Of a stretch of DNA of 64,000 nucleotides, positions 48,773 through 57,619 are shown in pieces (positions within the stretch are counted from its first letter, which is position 1; every line of letters starts with the position of its first letter). This DNA is from Candidatus Hadarchaeota archaeon (GTDB lineage: Archaea > CAYQAE01 > CAYVLA01), in NCBI GenBank assembly GCA_964452145.1, contig CAYVLA010000004.1:39980-103979 (forward strand), read 5' to 3'. Position numbers and translations under genes: made by a program. A model generated the notes under the pieces. That model was not told where the DNA came from and made no database searches. It saw only the letters and a list, made by a program, of their open reading frames with translations.

Positions 48773-49222
48773 ATGCGGTTGATGATGATCCACGTCGAAA
48801 GCTTCGAATACGAGGCGAGGATCAAGACGCCCATTGCGGTGGAGATACCAGAATCCGAGAGGCAGAAGGAATACGGCGAAGCCGTCCTGGTCCTCTACTC
48901 GACCGAGCTGGGCGACGAGAAGGACCCACCGGGAGTGGCCCTGCTTGCGGCCTCGGAGATCAGGGGCTACCTCTCCAAGATCGGGAGGAAGCGGATCGTG
49001 CTCTTCCCCTTTGCATTCCTCATAGCCCGGGACGAGAAGAGCTCGTCGGATGTTGCCGCTGGCATGGAGAAGCTCCTGCTCGAGGCGCTCGGGGAGCCGG
49101 ACATCGACGTGGTACCCTTCGGCTGGTACAAGAAGTTCTCCATAACGTCCATGGGGCACAAGTACTCAGTCCACGCCGCTAGGGTTGTGCCCCCGTCCAC
49201 CGGGCGCCAGCCCCCCACATGA
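48773..49222 (+). CDS. Stand-alone archaeal threonyl-tRNA synthetase editing-domain protein
   Basis: MRLMMIHVESFEY, LFPFAFL, PFGWYKKFSI..MGH. Confidence 0.85.
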   Translation: MRLMMIHVESFEYEARIKTPIAVEIPESERQKEYGEAVLVLYSTELGDEKDPPGVALLAASEIRGYLSKIGRKRIVLFPFAFLIARDEKSSSDVAAGMEKLLLEALGEPDIDVVPFGWYKKFSITSMGHKYSVHAARVVPPSTGRQPPT

Positions 49223-49230
49223 GCCAAGGG

Positions 49231-49911
49231 CTAACGCGAGGTTATGGCAATGCCCCGTACCACATCCGCCACGTCCTCCGCCAGGTCCGCAACCTTCTCC
49301 ATATTGTCCATCGCCTCCTTCAGGATTATGCAGTACCCGACCCGGTTCGACCCCTCGCACCAGGGGAGGAAGTGATTCCGTATCAACCCGGAGCGGAAAT
49401 CGTCGATCTGCTCTTCCAAGCTCTCGACCTGATGGCATCTCTGGAAGACGTCATCCGAACCCTTGACCAGGGCCGCGAAGCATTGCCCCATCATCTGGGC
49501 GCATTCCACCAGCTTCCCGCCCAACTGATCGAGCTGGGCACAAAGGGATCCCTCCACGATCTCCCTAGGTATCATCACAAGCTTGCCTATGGCCGCCTTC
49601 GCATTGCTTGCGATTCCATCGGACTCCAGAACGAGTCGGAGGATCTCATCCCGGTCCATGGGATGGAAGATCTCCCTGACCAGCTCGTCAAGGATGGACC
49701 TCTTTATCGCATCTGCATCCTTCTCCGCCTGCGACGCGGCCTTAGCTAGGGCTCTGGCACCTTCGACGTCCTTTGCGTCGTAGGCCCGGACGCCCTCCCT
49801 CATCTTGACAACGGTCTCTATGATCCTGTCGATGTGGTTCGAGCAGAGCTTCAGGATCTCCTTTTCCCTCTGCTTGCCAAGCCAGACCCCAAGACTTCCC
49901 GATCTCCTCAT
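49231..49911 (-). CDS. DUF47/PhoU-like phosphate transport regulator
   Basis: EKDADAIKR, PMDRDEI, EKVADLAED; adjacent to pit. Confidence 0.92.
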   Translation of the reverse strand: MRRSGSLGVWLGKQREKEILKLCSNHIDRIIETVVKMREGVRAYDAKDVEGARALAKAASQAEKDADAIKRSILDELVREIFHPMDRDEILRLVLESDGIASNAKAAIGKLVMIPREIVEGSLCAQLDQLGGKLVECAQMMGQCFAALVKGSDDVFQRCHQVESLEEQIDDFRSGLIRNHFLPWCEGSNRVGYCIILKEAMDNMEKVADLAEDVADVVRGIAITSR

Positions 49912-49919
49912 ACAATCAC

Positions 49920-50930
49920 CTATATTCCCAGAGCGTTGGCCAGCCAGTAGACCGCGGCGCTCAAGCTAGCCGAACATGGAACCGTGAACAACCACGCGCC
50001 GACTATCCGGGCAACCATTCCCCGGGATATGGTCTTCATGTTCTTGGCCATCCCGACCCCGATGATGGATCCAACGCTGGCCAAGGTGGTCGATATTGGC
50101 ATTCCCCAGCCGAAAAGTAGGTACGGCACCGTGGTGAATAAATATACCGATACAGCGTTGCTCAGCTCCGCCGCGCCCCCCATCATGGGGTCGAGCCTGG
50201 TGACCCTGAAACCCACAGTGTCGATGACCTTGTACCCCCACGTGAAAGCCCCCACAGCTATTCCCGCGCTCCCCAGAACCGCCAGCCCCAGAAGCGTTGC
50301 GCTTTCCGGTATCTTTCCCACTTCTTTCGCGACGGAGTAGAAGACTCCAGTAGCGTTCCCGACATCGTTCGCGCCGAAAGCAAAGGCCGAGAAGCAGAGC
50401 GAGAACAACACAATCCCTAGGGTGACCTGCTGGCCGCGCCTCATCTTCGGGATGGTCCCGATCATCACCTTGTAGATCAGCGCCGCAAGCACGGCTGCGG
50501 CTATCGGCGAGGCAACCCATGCGAGGGCTATCCCCCCTAGGACGCGGGCGTTGACCCCCTTAACTCCGTATTGCACCAAGCCGTAACCGAGCACGCTCCC
50601 GATGATGGAGTGCGTCGTAGATACAGGGAGGCCCCTCCAAGTGCAAAATGTGATCCACAAACACGCAGAAAGCACCACGGTCAAGGACCCCGCGACGTTG
50701 ACTTTGGGTACGATTCCTGCGCCGATGGTCTTGATCACCATGAACCCCTGGGTGAGCGCACCAAGTGCCGAGAATATGCAGAAAAGCAGAAGCGCCCGCT
50801 TCAGGGTCAAGACCCCTGATCCCACGGCGCATTCGGTGGGGTTTGCCGCATCATTGGCGCCAAGGCACCAAGCCACGTAGAAGGATGCCGCCAGCCCCAA
50901 AAACAGGACGATGAAGACCGGGACCGCCAA
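49920..50930 (-). CDS. pit: PiT family inorganic phosphate transporter
   Basis: GANDAAN, PVSTTH, GANDVGN, PISTT. Confidence 0.95.
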   Translation of the reverse strand: MAVPVFIVLFLGLAASFYVAWCLGANDAANPTECAVGSGVLTLKRALLLFCIFSALGALTQGFMVIKTIGAGIVPKVNVAGSLTVVLSACLWITFCTWRGLPVSTTHSIIGSVLGYGLVQYGVKGVNARVLGGIALAWVASPIAAAVLAALIYKVMIGTIPKMRRGQQVTLGIVLFSLCFSAFAFGANDVGNATGVFYSVAKEVGKIPESATLLGLAVLGSAGIAVGAFTWGYKVIDTVGFRVTRLDPMMGGAAELSNAVSVYLFTTVPYLLFGWGMPISTTLASVGSIIGVGMAKNMKTISRGMVARIVGAWLFTVPCSASLSAAVYWLANALGI

Positions 50931-50975
50931 CCTGAGCTACCCTGCAGTAGCCTGAGCAATCGCTGAAAAATGGTG

Positions 50976-51527
50976 CTACCGCTTGCTGGCCTTCTCCAGC
51001 AGGTCCATCATCTGCTGCTGCTCGAGGTTCTTCCGGTTCTCGTAGATCGCGTCGACGATCTTCCTGGCTTTGTCCCGTTTCCCCAGCCGTGACAGAGCAT
51101 CGACGTACTCCCTGTCTATGCCCTCCAGAAGGGGTCTGCCTACAGGTTGGTGGTCCTTCTTGGATGCTCTTGCCACGAACTGGTTGGCTGCTTCCTTTTC
51201 GCCCATCCTCTGAAGCATCTCCACGTAGTCACGGTCTATGCGGGACAGACCTCTTTCATCCACGTCCTTCCTCTTCCGGTATGCCAGCTCAAGGGCCCGC
51301 TCAGCGTCCTCGATCTGCTTCTTCTTCAACAAGGCCTCGAAAGCTTCTCGCTCCTGGGGTGTGAACAGGGTGTCGGGCTCCCTCTTCCTGGAGGAGTAGA
51401 ACGCGTCCAGCTTGGACTTCGCATCGTCCTTGTAGCCAAGTTTGAGTAGGGCGTCTATGTAGTCCTTGTCAAGAGGTGACATGAGGCCGCCCTCGAATAC
51501 GGGGGCGACATCGTCTTCAGCAGCCAT
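50976..51527 (-). CDS. Hypothetical helical protein with four ~39-aa repeats
   Basis: Repeats of the form L...D[KR][DE]Y[IV]DAL..LG....A....A.Y..RK. Confidence 0.8.
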   Translation of the reverse strand: MAAEDDVAPVFEGGLMSPLDKDYIDALLKLGYKDDAKSKLDAFYSSRKREPDTLFTPQEREAFEALLKKKQIEDAERALELAYRKRKDVDERGLSRIDRDYVEMLQRMGEKEAANQFVARASKKDHQPVGRPLLEGIDREYVDALSRLGKRDKARKIVDAIYENRKNLEQQQMMDLLEKASKR

Positions 51528-51704
51528 TTCACCACAGCCGAGTGGATGTATTCCATATTGAGCTGTCCAATATAAATATAATTCATCGCAGACCCCATTT
51601 TATCTCAAGATTCTTAGGCTATGCTGAATAAATCTGTGTCCCGGCGGCTCTGTTCCAGAGATTGGCTTGTCCTGCCTTGGCTGACCAATGATAATACTAA
51701 TTAG

Positions 51705-51719
51705 ATCGACTTTGTCGAT
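51705..51719. promoter_or_regulatory. Operator candidate upstream of the aminotransferase operon
   Basis: Perfect IR ATCGAC-TTT-GTCGAT between the AT-rich box and the SD. Confidence 0.4.
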
Positions 51720-51737
51720 GCGATCGGAGGATGCCGT

Positions 51738-52976
51738 TTGTCGGAACTCGCCATTAAAGGAGGACCAAAGGCAAGAAGCAGCCCCTTCCCGGATGTCAGG
51801 GACCTGGGCAAGGAGGAGCTCAAGGAACTGGTCGATGTCATCTTCTCCCAGCGCCTGAATCGCGTCGGTGGGTCCAAGGTTCAGGAGTTCGAAGGGCAGT
51901 TCGCCAGGACATACGGCGTGAAGCACGGGATAGCCTCCACCTCGGGGACCTCATCCATCCATGTTGCTATAGGGGCCATAAACCCTGACCCGGGATCGGA
52001 GATCATCACGACCGCCATATCCGACATCGGCAGCATCATCCCGATACTGTACCAGAACTGCATCCCCATCTTCGCCGACTTGGACCCCAAAACATGCTCC
52101 ATCGACATCGCCGATCTGGAAAGCAGGATCACCGCAAAAACCAAGGCAGTACTGGCCATCCATCTCTTCGGCCTGATGGGGGACATGGAACAGGTCAGGG
52201 AGACATGCAGGGCGCACGGGCTGTATCTGATCGAGGATGCCTGCCAGGCCCATATGGCCGAACGTGACGGCAGGCTGGCCGGCACGGTCGGTGACTTCGG
52301 CTGTTTCAGCCTGCAGCAGTCCAAGCAGATCACCTCGGGAGACGGTGGCATCACCATAACCGATGACGACCGCCTGGCCTCCCGAGCTCGCCTCTTCGCC
52401 GATAAGGCTTGGCCGAGGGAAGCGGGGTGGGGGGAACGCGGATATCTCTTTCTGGCGATGAACTACAGGATGACTGAACTCCAAGGTGCCGTGGCACTGG
52501 CCCAACTTAGGAAAGTAAGGGACATAGTCGAGAAGAGAAGGGCTCTCGGCCAACGGCTGTCCGAACTCCTTGCGAATGCACCCGGCGTCATGCCTCCGCA
52601 CATCCCCGAGGGATGCAAGCACTCCTTCTGGCTATATCCGATAACCATAGACGAGGAGAGGCTCGGCGTGACGCCTGAGGAATTTGCCAAAGCCGTGGGC
52701 GCAGAGGGAATCCCGGCATCCCAAGGCTACATCAAGCAGCCCCTCTACATGTTCCCCGTACTGAGGGAGAAGAGAACCTACGGAACCTCGCACTGCCCGT
52801 TCGATTGCCCGATTCACGGCACGCAAATTGAGTACAAGCAGGGCATGTGCCCCAAGACCGAGGAGATCCTTCGCACCGTCATCACGTTGCCCTTGCGAGA
52901 ATGCTTCAGCACCAGGGATGTGGAGGATATTGCCCTCGGCATAACAAAGGTGGCTGAGTACTACGCAGGCCGATAG
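51738..52976 (+). CDS. DegT/DnrJ/EryC1/StrS PLP-dependent sugar aminotransferase
   Basis: SGTSSIH, IEDACQAH, SLQQSKQITSGDGG, NYRMTELQ. Confidence 0.95.
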   Translation: MSELAIKGGPKARSSPFPDVRDLGKEELKELVDVIFSQRLNRVGGSKVQEFEGQFARTYGVKHGIASTSGTSSIHVAIGAINPDPGSEIITTAISDIGSIIPILYQNCIPIFADLDPKTCSIDIADLESRITAKTKAVLAIHLFGLMGDMEQVRETCRAHGLYLIEDACQAHMAERDGRLAGTVGDFGCFSLQQSKQITSGDGGITITDDDRLASRARLFADKAWPREAGWGERGYLFLAMNYRMTELQGAVALAQLRKVRDIVEKRRALGQRLSELLANAPGVMPPHIPEGCKHSFWLYPITIDEERLGVTPEEFAKAVGAEGIPASQGYIKQPLYMFPVLREKRTYGTSHCPFDCPIHGTQIEYKQGMCPKTEEILRTVITLPLRECFSTRDVEDIALGITKVAEYYAGR

Positions 52977-53697
52977 ACCGGATCACGGCATCATCGACAG
53001 CAATGCCTTCTTCGGGTCCCGGCCGAAGAAGGGCTTAACTCTCGCTCCCACGGATCTGGTCGCTGAGCTCTCCGCCCACGGGGTCGAAAGGGCCCTTGCA
53101 CTGTCCCTGCAAGGCATCTACTATGACTACGAGGAAGGTAACAGGGAGACCCTCGGGGCCGCAGAACAGAACCCTTTCATCATCCCCGCCGCGACGCTGG
53201 ATCCCAGGCGCTTCCACGGCCAACGGATCAAGGAGCCTGGGCTTGGTCAGTTCAAGGCCCTGCGTGTGTTCCCCGACATCCAGGGCTGGCCGATCAGATA
53301 TGCCCCTTTCGACAGGATCCTGAGGGAGGCATTCTCCGCTGGCCTGCCCATCATCGCTCCTGCCCAAGGGCCGGGCAAGAGCACGGAGATCGTGGAGGCA
53401 GCGAAGGCCCACGACCTAGTCGTGATACTGACCTCGGTCAACTACTCAACACTATCCGAGGCCCTCGTGCTCATGGGGGAATACGACGACCTCTATCTGA
53501 CCACCGATATGCTCAACACCCCCGACGGTGTGGAACTGGTCTCGGATGAGCTGGGACCTGACAGGCTTGTGTTCGGATCGAACTACCCCTTCACGTACTT
53601 CTCGGGGCCCCTGCTCGCGGTGCAGAGGTCGAGATTGCAGCCCGAGGTGAAGAGGAGGATCCTCAGGGAGAACTTGCTGCGGATACTGGCGATATGA
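52954..53697 (+). CDS. Amidohydrolase-family protein, longer than the ORF track shows; probable CTG start
   Basis: Frame is open from 52945 and encodes GIIDSNAFFG...GNRET...FGSNYP; no ATG/GTG/TTG before 53266. Confidence 0.78.
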   Translation: MSTTQADRPDHGIIDSNAFFGSRPKKGLTLAPTDLVAELSAHGVERALALSLQGIYYDYEEGNRETLGAAEQNPFIIPAATLDPRRFHGQRIKEPGLGQFKALRVFPDIQGWPIRYAPFDRILREAFSAGLPIIAPAQGPGKSTEIVEAAKAHDLVVILTSVNYSTLSEALVLMGEYDDLYLTTDMLNTPDGVELVSDELGPDRLVFGSNYPFTYFSGPLLAVQRSRLQPEVKRRILRENLLRILAI

Positions 53698-54464
53698 TGC
53701 TGATCGACGTCCATGCCCACTACGGGAGATGGTTCTTCCCTTCCAACTGCGAAAGCGCGAAGGATATCTCCGAACTCTGCGATAGGTTCGGGATCGAGAA
53801 GATTGCCCTATCGTCCTCAAGAGCCATCCTCTACGATATGGAGTCGGGCAACAGGGAGATGTGCCGCATTCTGGCCGAGGACGACCGATTCCTGGCCTAT
53901 GTCTACCTCAACCCGGCCCAGCCCGAGGAGTCCGCAAGGGAGATGGAGAGGTATCTGGGGCACCCCAGATTCGTTGGCGTCAAGCTCCATCCGTCCTACA
54001 GTGGCCGGAGTGCCAACACGGAGGCGACCAAGGAGCTCGTCGCAGGGCTGCCCGAGGGCAAGGTGGTCCTTGTCCACACATGGGGACCGGCAGAGGTGGA
54101 TCATGTGTGCGATCTAGCGGCAAGCGCGCCGGGATGCGCCATCATCATGGGGCACATGGGAGGAACCGCAGAGGAGGGCTGGCAGGCGGCGGCCAGAGCG
54201 GCTCTGCGTCAGCCAAACCTCCACCTGGAGATATGCGGTAGCCTCCTACACATCGACCGAATAAGGGATGTGATCGGTGCCGTGGGCTCGGCGAGGGTGC
54301 TCTTCGGAAGCGACCTGACGCTGATCAGCCCCGCCTTCGCGATCGGCCAGGTCCTCGACTCGGAGATCTCGGAGGAAGACAAGATAAGCATACTTCACGA
54401 CAACGCTGCCCGCCTCTTCGGAGTGTCGAATCGAGCCTGTCCAGGGAGCGTTAGTGGGCCGTGA
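53694..54464 (+). CDS. Amidohydrolase family (TIM barrel metallo-hydrolase)
   Basis: IDVHAH, GVKLHP, MGHMGG, LFGSD. Confidence 0.92.
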   Translation: MMLIDVHAHYGRWFFPSNCESAKDISELCDRFGIEKIALSSSRAILYDMESGNREMCRILAEDDRFLAYVYLNPAQPEESAREMERYLGHPRFVGVKLHPSYSGRSANTEATKELVAGLPEGKVVLVHTWGPAEVDHVCDLAASAPGCAIIMGHMGGTAEEGWQAAARAALRQPNLHLEICGSLLHIDRIRDVIGAVGSARVLFGSDLTLISPAFAIGQVLDSEISEEDKISILHDNAARLFGVSNRACPGSVSGP

Positions 54465-55725
54465 TCGGACGGACGGGATGTCCCTGGCCAGACGGGGCCG
54501 AACCAAGATCAATCCCGAGGACGGCGCCGATCTCGGCCATCGTCGCCAGAGCAGCGGCCGATGCCTTGGAACCCACATTCATCCCGTCCGCGGCCCGTAC
54601 GAAACCCATCACAGCCCGTGAGGCAGCCGGCGTGTCCAGATCGTTCCTAATGCTGGCGTGGAACTGGGACCTGAGCCGGTCCACCAGACGGAGAAGATCA
54701 CGGTCGTCCGGGCCATGCGGAAGCTCTACGCCCTGTCTTAGCCGGCCCACGAAGGCCTTAACCGCCTTGACGTCCCTTTCGGCCTCCAGGATCGCCGCCT
54801 GGGAGTAGGCCATGCTCTGCCGGTAATGCGTCCCGAGGAGAAAGAAGCGAATGCTCTCCGGATCGCACTTCCGCAGGGCATCCTGAATTGTGACATAGAT
54901 CCCCGTCGACTTGGACATCTTCCTCTCCTTGAAGGTCAGGAAGGCGTTATGGATGTAGAACCTGGACAGTTCCTCTCCCAGGGCGTTGGCAATGAGTTTC
55001 GTGCTCTCATGGTGGGGAAAGACCAGATCGGCTCCTCCTCCCTTGATGTCCAGAGGAAGACCCAGGATGCGCGACATCACATAGCACTCGACGTGCCATC
55101 CGATCCTGCCCTTGCCCCACGGTGAATCCCACAGCGGGGGCTTCTTGACCGTTGAGTCCCAGAGTTCAAAGTCAAGCGGGTTCCTCTTCCGGGGCCCGGC
55201 CTCCTCGTCGACCTTCTCCTTGAGGATCGCCTCCTCCGGACGAAAGTGGAGGAGCGATCCGTATCCTCCCGCCTTCTCGGTGTCGAAGTATATCCTGCCT
55301 CCGAGTTCGTAGGCATATCCCGCTTCAATCAGCCGCCCGACTATCTCGATCATCTGCGGGACGTACTGGGAGACCCTGGGATACTGCTCGGCCCTGCGGA
55401 CTCCAAGGAGATCCATTTCCTTGAAGAACTCGGCGATCCTCTCCTCGGCAAACTCCAACGGATCCTGGCGGGCCGCCTCCGCGTGTTCGGTGATCTTCTG
55501 CTCAACATCGGTGAAGTTCACGACGAGTCGAACACGGTAGCCCATATGGTTCAGATACCGCGCCAGGACATCGAAGACGACGTAGGAACGGGCATGCCCA
55601 AGGTGGCAGGAGTCGTACACGGTGGGGCCGCATACGTACATCCTGACCTCGCCGTCCCTCATCGCCCGAAAGGGCTCCTCCCTTCCGCTGAGGGTGTTGT
55701 ACAGCAGCAGTTCAGATGACCCCAA
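54451..55725 (-). CDS. Cysteinyl-tRNA synthetase paralog lacking the anticodon-binding domain (MshC-like)
   Basis: CGPTVY, HLGH, GWHVEC, FPHHE, KMSKS and DALR helices present; ends ~17 aa after VLGIDL at 424 aa. Confidence 0.85.
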   Translation of the reverse strand: MGSSELLLYNTLSGREEPFRAMRDGEVRMYVCGPTVYDSCHLGHARSYVVFDVLARYLNHMGYRVRLVVNFTDVEQKITEHAEAARQDPLEFAEERIAEFFKEMDLLGVRRAEQYPRVSQYVPQMIEIVGRLIEAGYAYELGGRIYFDTEKAGGYGSLLHFRPEEAILKEKVDEEAGPRKRNPLDFELWDSTVKKPPLWDSPWGKGRIGWHVECYVMSRILGLPLDIKGGGADLVFPHHESTKLIANALGEELSRFYIHNAFLTFKERKMSKSTGIYVTIQDALRKCDPESIRFFLLGTHYRQSMAYSQAAILEAERDVKAVKAFVGRLRQGVELPHGPDDRDLLRLVDRLRSQFHASIRNDLDTPAASRAVMGFVRAADGMNVGSKASAAALATMAEIGAVLGIDLGSAPSGQGHPVRPITAH

Positions 55726-55753
55726 GCGATCTTCCTCCGAGGCAGGGACCTAC

Positions 55754-56620
55754 CTACCCCTTCTCCAGACCCCCCACGGCCAGAACGGCGTCCCGGTCAT
55801 CCCTGATTCTGGGGCCTTTCGACATCCTGGTCACCTTGAAGCCGGGCCGCAGTCCCAAGCCCACGATGCCTGACGACCCAAGAGTGGCCGGGGAGGCGAG
55901 GAAGCAATCCCTCCCGTCGAGCAGAACCGCCGCGGATTCCAGCAGCTGCTGCGTAGCCTGGGATCCCATGGAAATCCCCGGACCGATGTTGCAGACCACA
56001 TCCGAGACGGTTGCCAGCAAGTACCCCACTACGTCGCCCTGGGAGCGTGCGACTAGGGCCATCTCCGCAAACTCCTTAAAGATCCTTCCAATAAGCCGCG
56101 ATCGGTCATCACCGAAGCAATGCCTGTCGATGGTGCAGACGTCTTTCAGGTCCCTTGCCACCATGGGCTCGGCTGTGGGCTTTCTCCTCCCGGCCGATAT
56201 GCGGCCTCTGTACGAGATATAGGATTCCATTGGCCTGAAGCCGAATCCGCGGTAGAAATCCTCCAGCCCCGAGTAGGCATAGAGCAGCAAGGTTGAGAGC
56301 CCTTTGTGCTCGAGATGCTCAACCGCTCGGCGCACAAGGGCCGAACCTATGCCTTGGCCCCTGACGGGCTGCTCGACCAGAACGTTGCCGATCCAACCCG
56401 TCCTCTGATACGCCGACGTGGTGACCATTCCGATGACTCGTTCATCCCGTTCCCAGACGAACGATCCCCCCGGCCAAAGCTCCAGTATCCTCCTGAAGTC
56501 CGAACGGTCGAAGCCCCAGCTTTCGGCCCTGGAGAGGGCTAGGGCCGCCGGGACGTCTTCGGCCCCCATCCTGCGTACGCGACCCACAACGACAGTCGGT
56601 TCATTTCGGTGAGGACCCAT
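55754..56620 (-). CDS. Two-domain GNAT N-acetyltransferase (YitH-like)
   Basis: Acetyl-CoA motif VRGQGIG, FYRGFGF and a second domain with IDRHCFGDDRSRL. Confidence 0.88.
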   Translation of the reverse strand: MGPHRNEPTVVVGRVRRMGAEDVPAALALSRAESWGFDRSDFRRILELWPGGSFVWERDERVIGMVTTSAYQRTGWIGNVLVEQPVRGQGIGSALVRRAVEHLEHKGLSTLLLYAYSGLEDFYRGFGFRPMESYISYRGRISAGRRKPTAEPMVARDLKDVCTIDRHCFGDDRSRLIGRIFKEFAEMALVARSQGDVVGYLLATVSDVVCNIGPGISMGSQATQQLLESAAVLLDGRDCFLASPATLGSSGIVGLGLRPGFKVTRMSKGPRIRDDRDAVLAVGGLEKG

Positions 56621-56801
56621 ATCTCTCCAGTTCCGCCTTCTCATCCAGGGCCGCCTTCTCATCACACACGTGAGATCCCCAGGTCATGTACTTCTTCAGA
56701 CCCCGCATATGCTTCAGCGAGCAGGGCCCCGCCCCGTCATCCTCCGCTCCGTACCAGTACTTGCAGTCCCTGCAGTGGAGCACCACGCGGTGCCCGGTCA
56801 T
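56601..56801 (-). CDS. Small Cys/His-rich putative metal-binding protein
   Basis: 66 aa with CRDCKYW...GPCSLKH...HVCD; overlaps the GNAT start. Confidence 0.7.
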   Translation of the reverse strand: MTGHRVVLHCRDCKYWYGAEDDGAGPCSLKHMRGLKKYMTWGSHVCDEKAALDEKAELERYGSSPK

Positions 56802-56911
56802 AGAGCCAGCCCCAAAGGAAGCGACCTATAACTGTTGCCTTGGCTAAGATTCCATGCCCACACTGCCACACTGGAAATCGTTATGAACCTCTAGTAACAT
56901 GACGCTGCGCA

Positions 56912-57619
56912 ATGCTCCCCATCAGGGACCGGAATCCGGGGGAGAGATTCCCCTACGTCACCTACTCGCTCTTGACGGTGAGCGTGGCCCTCTTCCTGTT
57001 CGAGCTCTACCTAGACTATCTCGGACAACTTGATGCCTTCATAGGCGACTGGGCCATGGTCCCCGAACGCATCCTGGCCGGCAGAGACACGATCACCCTA
57101 CTAACAAGCATGTTTCTGCACGGTGGCTTCATGCACATCTTCGGCAACATGCTGTACCTTTTCATCTTTGGCAACAACGTGGAGGACGTCTTCGGGCATA
57201 TCGGGTTCTTAGCCTTCTATCTCCTCTGTGGATTGTCGGCCAGCTTCCTCCACATCGTCGCAGCCACCCACCCAACAGTTCCCACCATAGGAGCAAGCGG
57301 AGCCATTGCAGGGGTTCTTGGAGCCTATCTCGCCTTCTATCCTCGCGCCAAGATAGATACGCTGATCTTCGCCTTCTTCATCACCTGGGTCACCATCCCG
57401 GCCGCGGCCCTTCTGGTGTTCTGGTTCCTGATGCAGATCATGTCCGGCCTGCTATCGATAACCGCATACGCACCGTCTGGCGTTGCATACTTCGCCCACG
57501 TCGGAGGCTTCGCGGCAGGCGTGCTCCTAGCCCTCCCCCTGAGAGGGCGCGTCGGGCGCCGACCGCGACAGCCGAGAGTCGTGTATCTTCGTGGGGTACG
57601 GGATGAATACTGGATCTAG
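56912..57619 (+). CDS. Rhomboid intramembrane serine protease
   Basis: FLHGG..HIFGNM, GASGA, AHVGG. Confidence 0.95.
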   Translation: MLPIRDRNPGERFPYVTYSLLTVSVALFLFELYLDYLGQLDAFIGDWAMVPERILAGRDTITLLTSMFLHGGFMHIFGNMLYLFIFGNNVEDVFGHIGFLAFYLLCGLSASFLHIVAATHPTVPTIGASGAIAGVLGAYLAFYPRAKIDTLIFAFFITWVTIPAAALLVFWFLMQIMSGLLSITAYAPSGVAYFAHVGGFAAGVLLALPLRGRVGRRPRQPRVVYLRGVRDEYWI

